Shown here piece after piece: positions 9,853 to 20,740 of a stretch of 59,857 nucleotides of DNA. The position numbers were made by a program, and so were the translations under genes. The notes beneath the pieces were generated by a model. The model made no database searches. It had not been told where the DNA came from and saw only the letters and a list, made by a program, of their open reading frames with translations. How positions within the stretch are numbered: position 1 is the first letter of the stretch; every line of letters begins with the position of its first letter. The stretch comes from Candidatus Marinamargulisbacteria bacterium (lineage in GTDB: Bacteria; Margulisbacteria; Marinamargulisbacteria; UBA817), in assembly GCA_023262965.1 (NCBI GenBank), contig JALQXX010000005.1:1-59857 (forward strand), read 5' to 3'.

Positions 9853-10124
9853 TCCCTCAAAGACCATCTCAACAAATCCGCTACCGTGGCTTTCTATTGC
9901 TAGAACTATGGCTTGTTATCATTATACTAAGCACCATAAGCCCCCTATACTGGCGCGCTATTCATCGGGCTATGCGGGTGCATCACCACAATAATACACA
10001 ACACCACCTTTGGATCACCGCTGTAAATCGCATTCATAAAACCATGGAAACGCACCCCCCTACTACCGCCACCACCCTAAAATTCTGCCAAGATGATCGT
10101 GGAATGATGCATGCCTGCCCCTAA
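9846..10124 (+). CDS. Prepilin-like minor pilin
   Basis: RG|FLLLELWLVIIIL class III signal with Glu5; C-terminal Cys pair. Confidence 0.7.
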   Translation: MVIPQRPSQQIRYRGFLLLELWLVIIILSTISPLYWRAIHRAMRVHHHNNTQHHLWITAVNRIHKTMETHPPTTATTLKFCQDDRGMMHACP

Positions 10125-10560
10125 TCGATGTCAGGGCACATTATTAATGGAACTACTGATTTGGATGACCGTACTAACCGTTATTGCCCCACCCATTATC
10201 CATCAATGGCTAGTCCACCGAAACCAATACGCGCGCGCCATCAACACGCTGCAGCACCGCATTGAACACATGGATATGTACACAACCCTACTAACCGATA
10301 GCCAATGGATTCAATCCCAGGTATCCCCATGCTGCTTTCACACAAATCTGCATGTGATTTGTTATTCGGTTAAAAACCATCGTTTACGGCGTCAAAAAAG
10401 AGCCCATGAATCGAGCTATTTTTATACGCATTACATCGGAAACATTCCCAACGTCCAAACCATCACCTGCACCACAAGCTCACAGCAACTGCATGTGTCA
10501 TTAGACATTGGTACACCATCCCATGACTGGTCGTTCTGGCTACCCAACATTATCCGGTAG
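10111..10560 (+). CDS. Prepilin-like minor pilin (PilW/ComGF-like)
   Basis: QG|TLLMELLIWMTVL with Glu5; YSVKNHRLRRQK is typical of J/W-type pseudopilins. Confidence 0.7.
   Translation: MPAPNRCQGTLLMELLIWMTVLTVIAPPIIHQWLVHRNQYARAINTLQHRIEHMDMYTTLLTDSQWIQSQVSPCCFHTNLHVICYSVKNHRLRRQKRAHESSYFYTHYIGNIPNVQTITCTTSSQQLHVSLDIGTPSHDWSFWLPNIIR
10305..10356 (+). repeat. 52-bp direct repeat, copy 2 (inside the pilin-like CDS)
   Basis: Matches 8615-8666 with two A/G differences. Confidence 0.95.
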
Positions 10561-10855
10561 CGTTTTACTGATCTTGCCCGTGCTGGCTGGTTTGGTATTT
10601 GTATCACATTGGTTGCTGTTGGAATGGTCTTTTTCTCGCACACACACCCAATTTTATAACCAACTGCAACAATCTGTACTCAAAAACAGCATCAGTCACT
10701 ATTACCCCATGGTTGTTAGCCAATTACCCCTATTACCCTCCTGCGAGGACCGCGTTGGTCGAACAACCATTTATGTGTTTGATCGCCCATTTTGGTTATT
10801 TCGGTGCCTGGATAATGCCAATCGCATCCAACTCATGGTCATTCGCCAAACCTAA
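10508..10855 (+). CDS. Prepilin-like minor pilin (PilX/ComGG-like, no Glu5)
   Basis: SG|SVLLILPVLAGLVF hydrophobic segment; fourth overlapping gene of the cluster; start uncertain. Confidence 0.5.
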   Translation: MVHHPMTGRSGYPTLSGSVLLILPVLAGLVFVSHWLLLEWSFSRTHTQFYNQLQQSVLKNSISHYYPMVVSQLPLLPSCEDRVGRTTIYVFDRPFWLFRCLDNANRIQLMVIRQT

Positions 10856-10953
10856 CCACCCCCAATTCGTCAAAAAGAGCCGTGTCCCACAATCACTCGA
10901 CCAAGCCATCTGAGGGGCTCCCAATAACCTTGTATTGATAGCCCTATATCGTA

Positions 10954-11523
10954 TTAATCATGGACAGTGAACTGTAGCGATTGCACATCATACCCATTAG
11001 CGTCCAGTATCGCCATAACCGTATTGCGCTGATCCTTTGTAAGGGTCTTTTGGCGCGACAATACCCAACCATAGCGCGCCCGGTCATCCCCAACAACCGC
11101 CACCGTATATGTGTCATCACGATACAAGACCCAATAATGCCCCCAAAACGGCCGCCACCCCAATACATCAAACAAGCTAACCGCTAACCGACCGGAGGTT
11201 CCGGCATCTGCACGCCTGGCAAGCCCGGTTGCTATCGCGCGTTTACCATTTTTTTTAACACAGGTATTGGTGACCGTCAGATACCCATCCGACCGCAATT
11301 GATAGGTTGCCATAACATTTTTTTGGCATTTTTTTTGAAATCGATTGGGAATACGGGCCACTTCAAACCAGTCTCCCTGATATTGGGTCAAATCAAGATC
11401 CGAAACCGGCGTTGTTACCTGAGCATACGCCGAGCATCCCATCGCCACTATAGCGGCGAGTAGCCATTGCATCATTCGGTATTGATGGCGACCCCCATGC
11501 ATACGCTTACACTGCCTCATCAT
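10954..11523 (-). CDS. blc: Bacterial lipocalin
   Basis: YQGDWFEVAR lipocalin signature; YWVL...Y.WVLSR. Confidence 0.85.
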   Translation of the reverse strand: MMRQCKRMHGGRHQYRMMQWLLAAIVAMGCSAYAQVTTPVSDLDLTQYQGDWFEVARIPNRFQKKCQKNVMATYQLRSDGYLTVTNTCVKKNGKRAIATGLARRADAGTSGRLAVSLFDVLGWRPFWGHYWVLYRDDTYTVAVVGDDRARYGWVLSRQKTLTKDQRNTVMAILDANGYDVQSLQFTVHD

Positions 11524-11905
11524 GATTGCGCCTTAAAATCTGAACCAAAAAACCCGCCCATCCCCCCATAAAACATAGGCCCCCCAGGGGCGTAATGGCC
11601 CCCAACCACCGCAGATCCGTGACGGCCAGTCCACACAGACTGCCCGAAAACACCAAAATTCCCATCAAAAAAAGCCATCCCGGCCATCGCGCGGATGCCA
11701 CTCGGTCGGCATACAGTCCGTATAGAATCATCCCAAAAGCATGCCACATCATGTACCGCACCCCTGTTTGAAAAATAACCCGATTGGCTTCGGAAATCGC
11801 ATCGCGTAACGCATGGGTTGCAAATGCCCCCAACAAAACCGCGATACCCGCCAACGCCACACCAACGGCCATTATTACCTGGGAATACCTGCGATGTGTA
11901 ACCAT
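11507..11905 (-). CDS. DUF423/YgdD family membrane protein
   Basis: GAFATH, FSGSL and GAITPLGG motifs. Confidence 0.9.
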   Translation of the reverse strand: MVTHRRYSQVIMAVGVALAGIAVLLGAFATHALRDAISEANRVIFQTGVRYMMWHAFGMILYGLYADRVASARWPGWLFLMGILVFSGSLCGLAVTDLRWLGAITPLGGLCFMGGWAGFLVQILRRNHDEAV

Positions 11906-12061
11906 TATACGAATTGTATCAAATTACCGCATTCCCGCAATCCTATTCCCAAAAAAAGTGGGATGTACAGACGATCGTGTTGCCAACAATCGCCATCTAA
12001 AACGGTTATCCCCGCTTGAAAACTAGACGTAGCTACGGGATCCTTATAGAATTCAACCTAT

Positions 12062-12961
12062 ATGCCATGGGTTGCATTAACTATTTTTGCCGCATTCGCA
12101 CAGACCATTCGCACGGCTTTACAAAAACATCTCAAGGCATCCTTATCAATAGCCAGTATTACCTGGGCCCGATCTTCTTTTGGAATACCCGTTGCCATTA
12201 TCTATTTTTTGATGGCCCGCCATTGGGGGCCCCCAGCCATCATACTAACACCGGCATTTATCGCCGCTAGTTTTTTAGCCGCTATGTTTCAAATGATAGG
12301 AACGTTTTTGTTGGTATGGTTATTCTCGCACACAAATTTTACCATCAGCACCCTATATGCTAAAACAGAGGTTATTCCAACCGCCATTATTGGCGCTGCA
12401 TTTTTTGGAGAGCAGCTATCGTTATTACGTGTTCTTGCCATTATAGTGAGTGTTTGTGGGGTGATCATATTATCAATACCAAGCCCTATCGGGGATTTTC
12501 GGCGTTTATTGACGTTACTATCCTACAAAACCGCGATTATTGGAACATTATCGGGGGTATGTTTTGCATTCGGATCGTTTTGCATAAAGCAAGCCAGCTA
12601 TTATTTACATGTAAACCAACCCCTTGTAAGCAGTGCCACAACATTACTTACCATGGTAATCCTACAAACCATTATTTTAGGCGGGTATTTGCTGATTAAC
12701 GAACGGGGTCAATTGGCTAAAATGAAGCAAAACATATACCCTATGATGGCCATTGGCTTTACCGCGATTATGGGATCAATTGGATGGTTTATTGCATTTG
12801 AACAAACACATGTGGTCTACGTTAAAATCGTCGGGCAAATTGAATGTCTATTTGCTATTGCAATCACCCACTATTTCTTTAAGGAGCGGTTTCGCCCAAC
12901 CGATATTGTTGGCGGCATTATTGTAGGGCTGGCTATTGTATTACTGATTGCAACCCTGTAA
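12062..12961 (+). CDS. DMT/EamA family transporter
   Basis: About ten hydrophobic helices in two repeats (FFGEQL, FFKERF). Confidence 0.85.
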   Translation: MPWVALTIFAAFAQTIRTALQKHLKASLSIASITWARSSFGIPVAIIYFLMARHWGPPAIILTPAFIAASFLAAMFQMIGTFLLVWLFSHTNFTISTLYAKTEVIPTAIIGAAFFGEQLSLLRVLAIIVSVCGVIILSIPSPIGDFRRLLTLLSYKTAIIGTLSGVCFAFGSFCIKQASYYLHVNQPLVSSATTLLTMVILQTIILGGYLLINERGQLAKMKQNIYPMMAIGFTAIMGSIGWFIAFEQTHVVYVKIVGQIECLFAIAITHYFFKERFRPTDIVGGIIVGLAIVLLIATL

Positions 12962-13002
12962 ATAAACCCGTTTAATGCTATACTAATCGACGAGACGTTT
13001 AT

Positions 13003-13740
13003 ATGCCATTCATTCATTCCAACACCGATATTCCCACGCATTTTACACCCCACATACTCCCATTCCCCCCAACGGAGTCGACCATCGATTTTAGTGAATC
13101 GGTTCAGCAATTTGGAACGATTATATCGGAGGCAGGGATTCGATTGGTGTTGCTATACGGCACCTGCCTGGGTATTTACCGAGATACGCAATTAATTGAG
13201 TACGATACCGATGCGGATTTTGGGGTGTACTTGGCCGATTTTGATGCGCTGAACGCCCTAACCCCGACCCTAGCTAAACACGGGTTCTATATCCACAGTC
13301 GAAACGTTTACTCGGTGACCTACCGCACGCCCACCAAACCCATCGACATATGGGTTATTATAAAACGAAAAAACCCCTTCTTTCGTTGTCTGGGCTATAA
13401 ATGGTTGGTGGATCATGTCAATTTTAAAACCAATTATTTTGAAACCCCCGTCCCCCTATCCTGGGGCGGGCAAACCTACTACATCCCTCACAATGTTGAA
13501 GCGTATCTTCAGGAATTATATGGACCAAAATGGCGACAACCGCAACGCGACCGTCACGCAGGACCCCGAAGCCAGCTCTCCCAATGGTTGAACGCCCCCT
13601 TTGTGGATTTTGATATGCCCGGACAATTTTCCGGCGTAAATAGCGTGGGTACCTACAAACCCTGGTGTTCATTTTTACTCAAAAAATACGCCCCTCATTC
13701 CAAACTCTGCCAATTATTCAACCACCCCGATCCATCATGA
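13003..13740 (+). CDS. LicD-family phosphotransferase
   Basis: [21 protein letters not shown] and [13 protein letters not shown] motifs. Confidence 0.85.
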   Translation: MPFIHSNTDIPTHFTPHILPFPPTESTIDFSESVQQFGTIISEAGIRLVLLYGTCLGIYRDTQLIEYDTDADFGVYLADFDALNALTPTLAKHGFYIHSRNVYSVTYRTPTKPIDIWVIIKRKNPFFRCLGYKWLVDHVNFKTNYFETPVPLSWGGQTYYIPHNVEAYLQELYGPKWRQPQRDRHAGPRSQLSQWLNAPFVDFDMPGQFSGVNSVGTYKPWCSFLLKKYAPHSKLCQLFNHPDPS

Positions 13741-15335
13741 AAAAAACCACGCAACTCAAATCACTACTCACATCGCCTATTCTGGCATTTTTAATGGAAG
13801 CCCATAATGGACTTTCCAGTAAAATTGTTGAAGAAGTGGGATTCAAAGGCATTTGGGCCAGTGGGTTAGCCATATCCGCAAGTTTAGGGGTTCGCGATAA
13901 CAATGAAGCATCGTGGACGCAAATCATCGATGTGTTGGAATTTATGAGTGACGCAACCCAGATCCCTATTTTACTGGATGGGGACACCGGTTATGGCAAT
14001 TTTAACAACGTGCGACGACTGGTCCATAAATTGGAACAGCGGGGGATCGCCGGTGTCTGTATTGAAGACAAACTATTTCCCAAAACCAATTCATTTATTA
14101 ATGGTGAGCAGCAAGAATTAGCTGAAACATCCGAATTTTGCGGTAAAATAAAGGCAGCCAAAGACACACAGTCCGATTCTGATTTTTGTGTTGTTGCACG
14201 TATTGAGGCCTTTATTGCCGGCCTTGGCTTGGATGAGGCCCTAACGCGTGCTCACGCCTATGCAGATGCCGGAGCGGACGCACTACTCATTCATAGTAAG
14301 AAATCATCCGCCGATGATATTGTTGACTTTATGCGTCATTGGAAACGCAGCACACCGATTGTCATTGTCCCCACAAAATATTATGCCACACCCACATCGT
14401 TATTTGACGAGTTGGGTATTTCCACAATTATTTGGGCCAATCACACCATCCGTGCGGCGATTCAGGCCATGCAAACCGCTACCAAACGTATTTTTGACGA
14501 CCAGCACCTGCGCCATATTGAACAAAATGTGGCATCGGTATCGGAAATTTTTCGTCTTCAAGGGGCGGATGAATTGGTTGCTGCAGAGCACCATTATTTA
14601 CCCAATGTTGACCGTCAATTTTCAGCCACCATTTTATGCGCAGGATACGCGGATTTGGGAAGCTTTACGGCGTCTAAACCCAAATGCCTGCTGCCCGTAC
14701 ACGATACAACGGTTTTGGATACTCAGCTAGCTTTGTATGCCCGATACAGGATTCATGCCATTACCTTGGTTCGAGGTCACCATAAATCGGCCCTAACCTA
14801 TACAAATATGCGACTGATTGATAACGATGACTACCGAACAACCAGCGAGGTCTATTCCATGTACCTGGCACGCGATGGTTTTTCATCACCGGGGCTATTA
14901 GCCTATGGCGATATTATGTTTAATGATTATTTTATTCACAAATGCCTGAGCAGCAGCGCGGATATTCGCATTGTTGTGGATGCCACCTGCCCACGTACTG
15001 CCACCAACCGGGATTATGTCACCGCATCCCATGCCTACAACCCCCTAACCATTCATCAAAATGACACATTAATCGCCATGGGGCGAGGCGATATTCATGA
15101 ATCCCTTATTCATGGTGAGTTTATTGGTCTAATGGCATGGAACGCCCGCGGGGGAGCCGCCATCCAAACCGTATTCGATGCGATACCATTCGGTGATATC
15201 AAAACCCTATCCATGGCCGCATTTTTTAACGAACTCATTAAACGCCACCCTGTCCATATTATTTTTGTAACCCATGATTGGGTCGATATGAATACCGTGT
15301 TGGATATCGCCAAAGCGCAATCGCTGTATGCTTAA
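13737..15335 (+). CDS. pepM: Phosphoenolpyruvate mutase fused to a cytidylyltransferase (NTP_transferase) domain
   Basis: PepM motif [10 protein letters not shown] (EDKx5NS) and DGDTGYG; C-terminal ILCAG...KPKCLL domain. ATG 13737 overlaps the licD stop (ATGA). Confidence 0.95.
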   Translation: MKKTTQLKSLLTSPILAFLMEAHNGLSSKIVEEVGFKGIWASGLAISASLGVRDNNEASWTQIIDVLEFMSDATQIPILLDGDTGYGNFNNVRRLVHKLEQRGIAGVCIEDKLFPKTNSFINGEQQELAETSEFCGKIKAAKDTQSDSDFCVVARIEAFIAGLGLDEALTRAHAYADAGADALLIHSKKSSADDIVDFMRHWKRSTPIVIVPTKYYATPTSLFDELGISTIIWANHTIRAAIQAMQTATKRIFDDQHLRHIEQNVASVSEIFRLQGADELVAAEHHYLPNVDRQFSATILCAGYADLGSFTASKPKCLLPVHDTTVLDTQLALYARYRIHAITLVRGHHKSALTYTNMRLIDNDDYRTTSEVYSMYLARDGFSSPGLLAYGDIMFNDYFIHKCLSSSADIRIVVDATCPRTATNRDYVTASHAYNPLTIHQNDTLIAMGRGDIHESLIHGEFIGLMAWNARGGAAIQTVFDAIPFGDIKTLSMAAFFNELIKRHPVHIIFVTHDWVDMNTVLDIAKAQSLYA

Positions 15336-16461
15336 GTCCGCCGATTTTGGTCAAACACTAACCCATTATGGATTCCAGTTATTTTGTGGCGTACCTTGCT
15401 CATTTTTGGGAGATTTAATTCACTATGCCATGAACACAGGGCGTTATATATCGGCAACCAATGAAGGCGATGCCATTGCCACTTGTGCCGGCGCCTACTT
15501 AGGTGGCCAAAAATCGGTGATGCTCATGCAAAATTCCGGGTTGGGCAATGCCGTTTCTCCATTAACATCGCTCATTCATCCCTTTAACATTCCTGTATTG
15601 ATTCTTATGAGTTGGCGGGGAGCTCCGAATATTAGCGATGAACCCCAACACGATCTTATGGGACGCATTACCCTGGATATGCTACGTTTAATGACGATTG
15701 ATTACGCTGTATTAAGCATGGACCCATCCGTTGCGACAGCACAACTGGCCACGGCTAACGCCGTTATTGAATCGGGAAAACCCTATTGCTTAGTGGTTCC
15801 CAAAGGGACCTTCGCACCCGAACCATTGCAGCAGCATCAAACCGCCATTACCTATAGCGACACCCATCATGATCATACCCCTCCCCCGTGCATTGGAACA
15901 CGCACCGATGCGCTAAACCGTATTTTGAAGCATACTCATGCAGCCATTTTATCCACAACCGGCAAAACCGGTCGGGAATGCTTTGCATTGGGGGACTCCC
16001 CCAATCAATTGTATCAAATTGGGTCGATGGGCTGTGTATCCGCCTTGGGATTGGGATTGGCTTACGCAAAACCCCGATTACCCGTCATTGTGGTTGATGG
16101 CGACGGTGCCGCATTAATGCGTCTCGGCAGCTGGGCCACTACAGGATTTTATGGTCCCAAAAATATGTGTCATATTCTATTGGATAATGGCGTGCATGAT
16201 TCTACTGGCGGGCAAAAAACGGCATCGGAAGCCGTTGATTTTTTAGGCTGTGCGGCCAGCATGAACTACCCACGTGTATATGCAGCGACCTCACTGGACC
16301 AGTTGAGCGACTACCTAACACTGTGGCAAAAAAAGCCGCTATTGACCGGGATTTATGTACGCATTTCACCCGGAAGCCCCCGTGAGTTGGGACGCCCGAC
16401 GCTATCCCCCGCTGACGTAGCCCAACGATTTATGACCTTTGTGCGGAATTGCCATGATTAA
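15328..16461 (+). CDS. ppd: Phosphonopyruvate decarboxylase
   Basis: [27 protein letters not shown] and the ThDP motif DGDGAALM...DNG. Confidence 0.95.
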   Translation: MLKSADFGQTLTHYGFQLFCGVPCSFLGDLIHYAMNTGRYISATNEGDAIATCAGAYLGGQKSVMLMQNSGLGNAVSPLTSLIHPFNIPVLILMSWRGAPNISDEPQHDLMGRITLDMLRLMTIDYAVLSMDPSVATAQLATANAVIESGKPYCLVVPKGTFAPEPLQQHQTAITYSDTHHDHTPPPCIGTRTDALNRILKHTHAAILSTTGKTGRECFALGDSPNQLYQIGSMGCVSALGLGLAYAKPRLPVIVVDGDGAALMRLGSWATTGFYGPKNMCHILLDNGVHDSTGGQKTASEAVDFLGCAASMNYPRVYAATSLDQLSDYLTLWQKKPLLTGIYVRISPGSPRELGRPTLSPADVAQRFMTFVRNCHD

Positions 16462-18277
16462 TACAGCCATTATTCTTGCCGCTGGTTGTGGCACACGCCT
16501 TCGCCCCCATTTGGCGAGTCATCTGCCCAAAGGGGCACTGCCTTTACAGGACACGCCTATTATTGAAACCAGCATTCAAACACTGTTAGCGAATGGGATC
16601 ACCACCATTTACATTGGTACCGGTCACGGTAGTGATTGGTATGACGCCTTATCCAACCAATACCCCGGTATTCACTGCATTAAAAATCCCGATTTTGCCA
16701 CATCGGGGAGTATGCACACATTGGCCGCGATTATCCCCTATATAAACGGTCCGATCCTATTGCTGGAATCCGACTTAATCTACGAAAAACGGGCGATTTC
16801 TTATCTGTATGATTATCCGGAGCCCAATAGTATTTTAGCGACACCGTATTATGGATACGGCGACGAGGTATTTATAACGGTTAATCCGCAGGATTATTTG
16901 GTCAGCATGTCAAAAAAAGCGGACGGCGACCCCCAGTTGCAGCATGTGCTATCGGGTATATCCAAGTGTTCCTTAGACTTATTGCATCGTATGGCCACAT
17001 GCTACCAAACCCACGCCACACGGATGGTGGATTACGAAACCATTCTTACCGAATCATCGCAGCACATCCCCATTCGTATTCTCAATAATCCCGAGATTCA
17101 TGTTATGGAAGTCGACACCCCGGATCACTATAATCGCGCGCTCAGTCTGTACCCCGATATTAAGATCCGTAACCGGTGCCACCACCATGAACGCCGGTAT
17201 TTGCTAAATCCCGGGCCCGCAACCCTATCCAAAGCCGTTCAATACGCCCAAATTGTGCCCGACATATGCCCCCGAGAAACCGAATTCACCGGGGTTGTCT
17301 CCGAAATTAAACAGCATTTGCAAACCATCGCTAGCCATCAATCCGATGAGGTAACGGTGACGTTATTTTCAGGGTCCGGTACGGCCAGTGTGGAAAGCAT
17401 GTTATCGTCCGTTATTCGCGATACCGATCATGTTCTGATCATTAATCAAGGGGCCTATGGTGAACGGATGATCCAAATCGCCACCATTCACGGGTTACCG
17501 CACACCGTATTTTCACCACCGCCTTTCACGGCCATTCCCTACACGGCATTGGATAACCTGCTATCTCAAGGCAGATTCACCCATCTGGCACTGGTTCATC
17601 ATGAAACCACAACGGGCTTACTCAATGACTTAGGCCCCATATCGGCCTTAGCGCAACACTATCAGCTGATTGTTTGCCTGGATGCCATGAGTTCATTTGG
17701 GGCCGCTCCTTTGGACATGATGACCGATACCGTTCATTTTTGCGCGGCCAGTAGCAATAAAAATATTCAGGGAACGGCTGGGATTGGTATGGTCATTTCT
17801 CAAAAAGCGGCCTTAGCGGCCCTTGTCAACGGCCCCAAACGATCCCTGTACTTGGATTTGTATAGCAATGCCCACTACCAAATCCATCAATTTCAATTCA
17901 CCCCACCCGTCCACACGCTGTATGCATTGCGCGAAGCCTTACGGGAATTAATGACTGAAGGGGTGTCCAACCGATACGCCCGCTACCGGAACGCATGGCA
18001 GCAGCTGCACACCCACATGACCACCCTGGGATTTGACAGCCTCGTGGATTCGCAGGTCCATGGCGGCCTCATTACCGCCTACCGTGTTCCTCCAAATAGC
18101 CGGTTTTCATTTGAGGACTTTCATGATTATTTATACCGACGCCACATTACCATTTATCCGGGCAAGCTTCGTGAGCATGCCACATTTCGCATGGCCACTA
18201 TTGGGGACTTAACCCCCACCGATATCACCCATATTTGCAACGAAATCACCACCTATTTTCAAAAAAACCCCTTATAA
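16454..18277 (+). CDS. Cytidylyltransferase (PntC/LicC-like) fused to 2-aminoethylphosphonate aminotransferase
   Basis: N-terminal ILAAGCGTRL...LPK; C-terminal LLNPGP, HHETTTG, DAMSSFG, SSNKNIQG and IYPGK (PhnW/AepZ class V aminotransferase). Confidence 0.9.
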   Translation: MINTAIILAAGCGTRLRPHLASHLPKGALPLQDTPIIETSIQTLLANGITTIYIGTGHGSDWYDALSNQYPGIHCIKNPDFATSGSMHTLAAIIPYINGPILLLESDLIYEKRAISYLYDYPEPNSILATPYYGYGDEVFITVNPQDYLVSMSKKADGDPQLQHVLSGISKCSLDLLHRMATCYQTHATRMVDYETILTESSQHIPIRILNNPEIHVMEVDTPDHYNRALSLYPDIKIRNRCHHHERRYLLNPGPATLSKAVQYAQIVPDICPRETEFTGVVSEIKQHLQTIASHQSDEVTVTLFSGSGTASVESMLSSVIRDTDHVLIINQGAYGERMIQIATIHGLPHTVFSPPPFTAIPYTALDNLLSQGRFTHLALVHHETTTGLLNDLGPISALAQHYQLIVCLDAMSSFGAAPLDMMTDTVHFCAASSNKNIQGTAGIGMVISQKAALAALVNGPKRSLYLDLYSNAHYQIHQFQFTPPVHTLYALREALRELMTEGVSNRYARYRNAWQQLHTHMTTLGFDSLVDSQVHGGLITAYRVPPNSRFSFEDFHDYLYRRHITIYPGKLREHATFRMATIGDLTPTDITHICNEITTYFQKNPL

Positions 18278-18454
18278 TCCCAACCGATTGCCCTATCTTC
18301 CCCCTGTTTACTGTGCTTAATAGATTAAAAAAAATCGATGTTTTGATTCCCCATAAGGGCGGTATAACGAACTACAAGTTAAAATACAAAAAAAGGGAGG
18401 GTATTAAATCGTATTAACTTAGCTGGTTCAACAACTAAAGGGGGAAAATTAACC

Positions 18455-19159
18455 ATGAATCTAAAAAATAAATTGCTAACATCATTAGCAAGCAAAAAAG
18501 GAAATGCATTATTATTGGCGACAGCGGGTGCGATTGCGGCAACATTTAGTGTCTACTTCTTTGTGTCATTAACCACATTGAGTGACGACTCCAAACAACG
18601 TGTTGCGCATTTATACAATGCCTATCAAATGGGGCAATCGTTAAAAGCAAAAATTGATGGTGCCGACGTCAATCAAGCGCGATTGGGCAACAATATTGAA
18701 AAAGATATTGAAGCACCCATTGATGAGCTATTCCACAATGGGTCATACATCACGCTACAAGAAATGATTAAAAAAGCGGTTATTATTGCTGCAGATGACC
18801 CCACGGCAACCGCTCGAAGTGGAACGGATGTTGGGTATGACCTCGATAATTCCGGTGTATTGATTAAATACGCGGATTCAAGTGGGAATGTCATTACACC
18901 CGATTCCAACTCAACAGCGGTGGTGGCGGATGTTCACTTGTTTGTTAACCTGGCCGGAGCACCGGATGCTGACTCCAACAGCCCGTATGTGGATGGCGCA
19001 CCGTTCTACTACATCTTAATGGATGACTCGCAAGTAGCAACCACCGGATTAACCAAAACGGTCGACTTAGTCCAATTCCCTCAAGGAATTCTATCAACCG
19101 TCGATGGTGGTCCTCAAGCAGAGGTATCGGTAGTATTACCTCAGGATGACGAGGTATAG
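18455..19159 (+). CDS. Type IV pilin-like protein 1 (probable major subunit)
   Basis: KKG|NALLLATAGAIAATFSVYFF class III-like signal without Glu5; RBS TAAAGGGGGA at 18436-18445; followed by a strong hairpin. Confidence 0.7.
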   Translation: MNLKNKLLTSLASKKGNALLLATAGAIAATFSVYFFVSLTTLSDDSKQRVAHLYNAYQMGQSLKAKIDGADVNQARLGNNIEKDIEAPIDELFHNGSYITLQEMIKKAVIIAADDPTATARSGTDVGYDLDNSGVLIKYADSSGNVITPDSNSTAVVADVHLFVNLAGAPDADSNSPYVDGAPFYYILMDDSQVATTGLTKTVDLVQFPQGILSTVDGGPQAEVSVVLPQDDEV

Positions 19160-19191
19160 TATAACAACACCGTCGTAAGCAGTATTGAACG

Positions 19192-19218
19192 TGCCGTAGG
19201 CCCCCAGGGTCTACGGCA
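19192..19218 (+). terminator. 12-bp stem-loop without a U-tract after pilin 1
   Basis: TGCCGTAGGCCC-cca-GGGTCTACGGCA. Confidence 0.55.
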
Positions 19219-19253
19219 AACTTGAATATTGTTTAAAACGAAAGGGGGGAAAC

Positions 19254-19976
19254 ATGAAACAATTACTAACATTTTGTAAATGGTTTGTTACTGAAAATCG
19301 TGGGAATGCATTGTTGCTGACCAGTGCCACCGCCCTCATCGCAACCATGGGCATGTTCTTCTTTACCGCATTGCGTGACATGAGTGTCAAAAACAAAGAG
19401 CGTACCACCCATTTGTACAACGCCACCGTCATGGCCATGTCAATTGACACCTACATTGGGACGTATTTAGAAACGCTTCCTTACCCCAAAAACAGCCTGC
19501 TTCACAACGGCGAAGGCCAATTTAGCGCCTCCGAACTGGCCGATATCACGGGCATTCATGATTTTGATATACTCAGCTTAAGTGATCTCGAAAAAAATGG
19601 GTATATTGTATCGTACAACGATCCAACCGCCCTGCGCGAAGGGGGCCACGATAAACCCTACGATAAAAACGCCACAAAAATCAAAATTGAATTTGAATTA
19701 GACGATGTCAGTAAGGTCATTGGCATTCGTTATTTGGTTAATTTAGCCGGCGATGTTTACGAAGACAACGCCCCCTATAGCCCTGGTGAACCGTTTTTTT
19801 ATATTGTTAGCTTTTCCGATGACATTGACAGTGGCACATACGGTGATTACAACCTAACCGACAACGCGATTACCTTAACCACTGGTGAGGGCTACGCATT
19901 TGATACCATCTTAGAATCCAACGGTGAAGCACCCTACGCCGAGCGAACCGTTATTTTACCAGGAGATAACACGTAG
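19254..19976 (+). CDS. Type IV pilin-like protein 2 (paralog)
   Basis: NRG|NALLL; shares HLYNA, DPTA, LVNLAG and PF(F/Y)Y with its neighbours; LSLSDLEKNGYI resembles the ComGC-type pilin motif. Confidence 0.7.
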   Translation: MKQLLTFCKWFVTENRGNALLLTSATALIATMGMFFFTALRDMSVKNKERTTHLYNATVMAMSIDTYIGTYLETLPYPKNSLLHNGEGQFSASELADITGIHDFDILSLSDLEKNGYIVSYNDPTALREGGHDKPYDKNATKIKIEFELDDVSKVIGIRYLVNLAGDVYEDNAPYSPGEPFFYIVSFSDDIDSGTYGDYNLTDNAITLTTGEGYAFDTILESNGEAPYAERTVILPGDNT

Positions 19977-20740
19977 TGATAGCAACGATTCGACACCTAC
20001 TGGCTACCATTCGTCAATTTATCACCAGTCAAAAAGGAAACGCTCAGCTGCTAACAATGGCAGGTGCCATTGCAGGCACTATGGCCATTTACTTTTTTAT
20101 TAGCATCGCATCCCTAACCCAACAAGATAAAGAACGCGTAGCGCACTTGTACAATGCCTATCAAATGGGCCTAGCGGTGGATAGCATGATCAGCAATCGC
20201 ATTATGCTAAAAGGTGAAAACAACGTCAGCTTTAAAGACGAAGCCGGCGATTACCGGTTCACCAAAAATGACTTTGAAATGTACGTCCAAATGGAATCCG
20301 AAACCGAATTTACACTAGCCCAACTGGTTCATGAAAAGGTGTTGATGGAATCGCGTGACGCCACGGCATCACGCTTGTACGGCACCCCAACCAAATACGA
20401 CGAAACCCATACCACATTAAAAGTTATTTTTGATATGGTTGTCGATCGTTATGATGAAAATGGCGATGCCATTAAAATGGTTCGAGGCGTCCATTATTTG
20501 GTAAATTTAGCGGGACAATCCGTGGATCCCAGCACCGATCTAACCAACGATCCGTATAGTCCGGATATGCCATTTTACTATTTGGTTAGCTACGAAAATG
20601 AGCTGGCGGGATTAACCGAAGCGGATATTACATTAAAATACGACGGCATTAAATTTAAAAGCGTGCTGGATTCGAGCACCAATGGCGGAGGACCGCAAGC
20701 CCAACGGGTTATTATATTACCGGGCGACGTTGACAACTAA
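19976..20740 (+). CDS. Type IV pilin-like protein 3 (paralog)
   Basis: QKG|NAQLL; ERVAHLYNAYQMG, LVNLAG, PFYY and GPQA...LPGD shared with pilin 1. Confidence 0.7.
   Translation: MIATIRHLLATIRQFITSQKGNAQLLTMAGAIAGTMAIYFFISIASLTQQDKERVAHLYNAYQMGLAVDSMISNRIMLKGENNVSFKDEAGDYRFTKNDFEMYVQMESETEFTLAQLVHEKVLMESRDATASRLYGTPTKYDETHTTLKVIFDMVVDRYDENGDAIKMVRGVHYLVNLAGQSVDPSTDLTNDPYSPDMPFYYLVSYENELAGLTEADITLKYDGIKFKSVLDSSTNGGGPQAQRVIILPGDVDN

Noticed and set aside
8615-10356. 52-bp repeat as a DGR template/variable pair, since both differences involve A
   Set aside because: Only two differences, the A alleles are in the coding copy (opposite to DGR polarity), and there is no reverse transcriptase in the window.
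18278-18454. Sigma54 -24/-12 promoter for the pilin genes
   Set aside because: No convincing TGGCAC-N5-TTGC match seen by eye.
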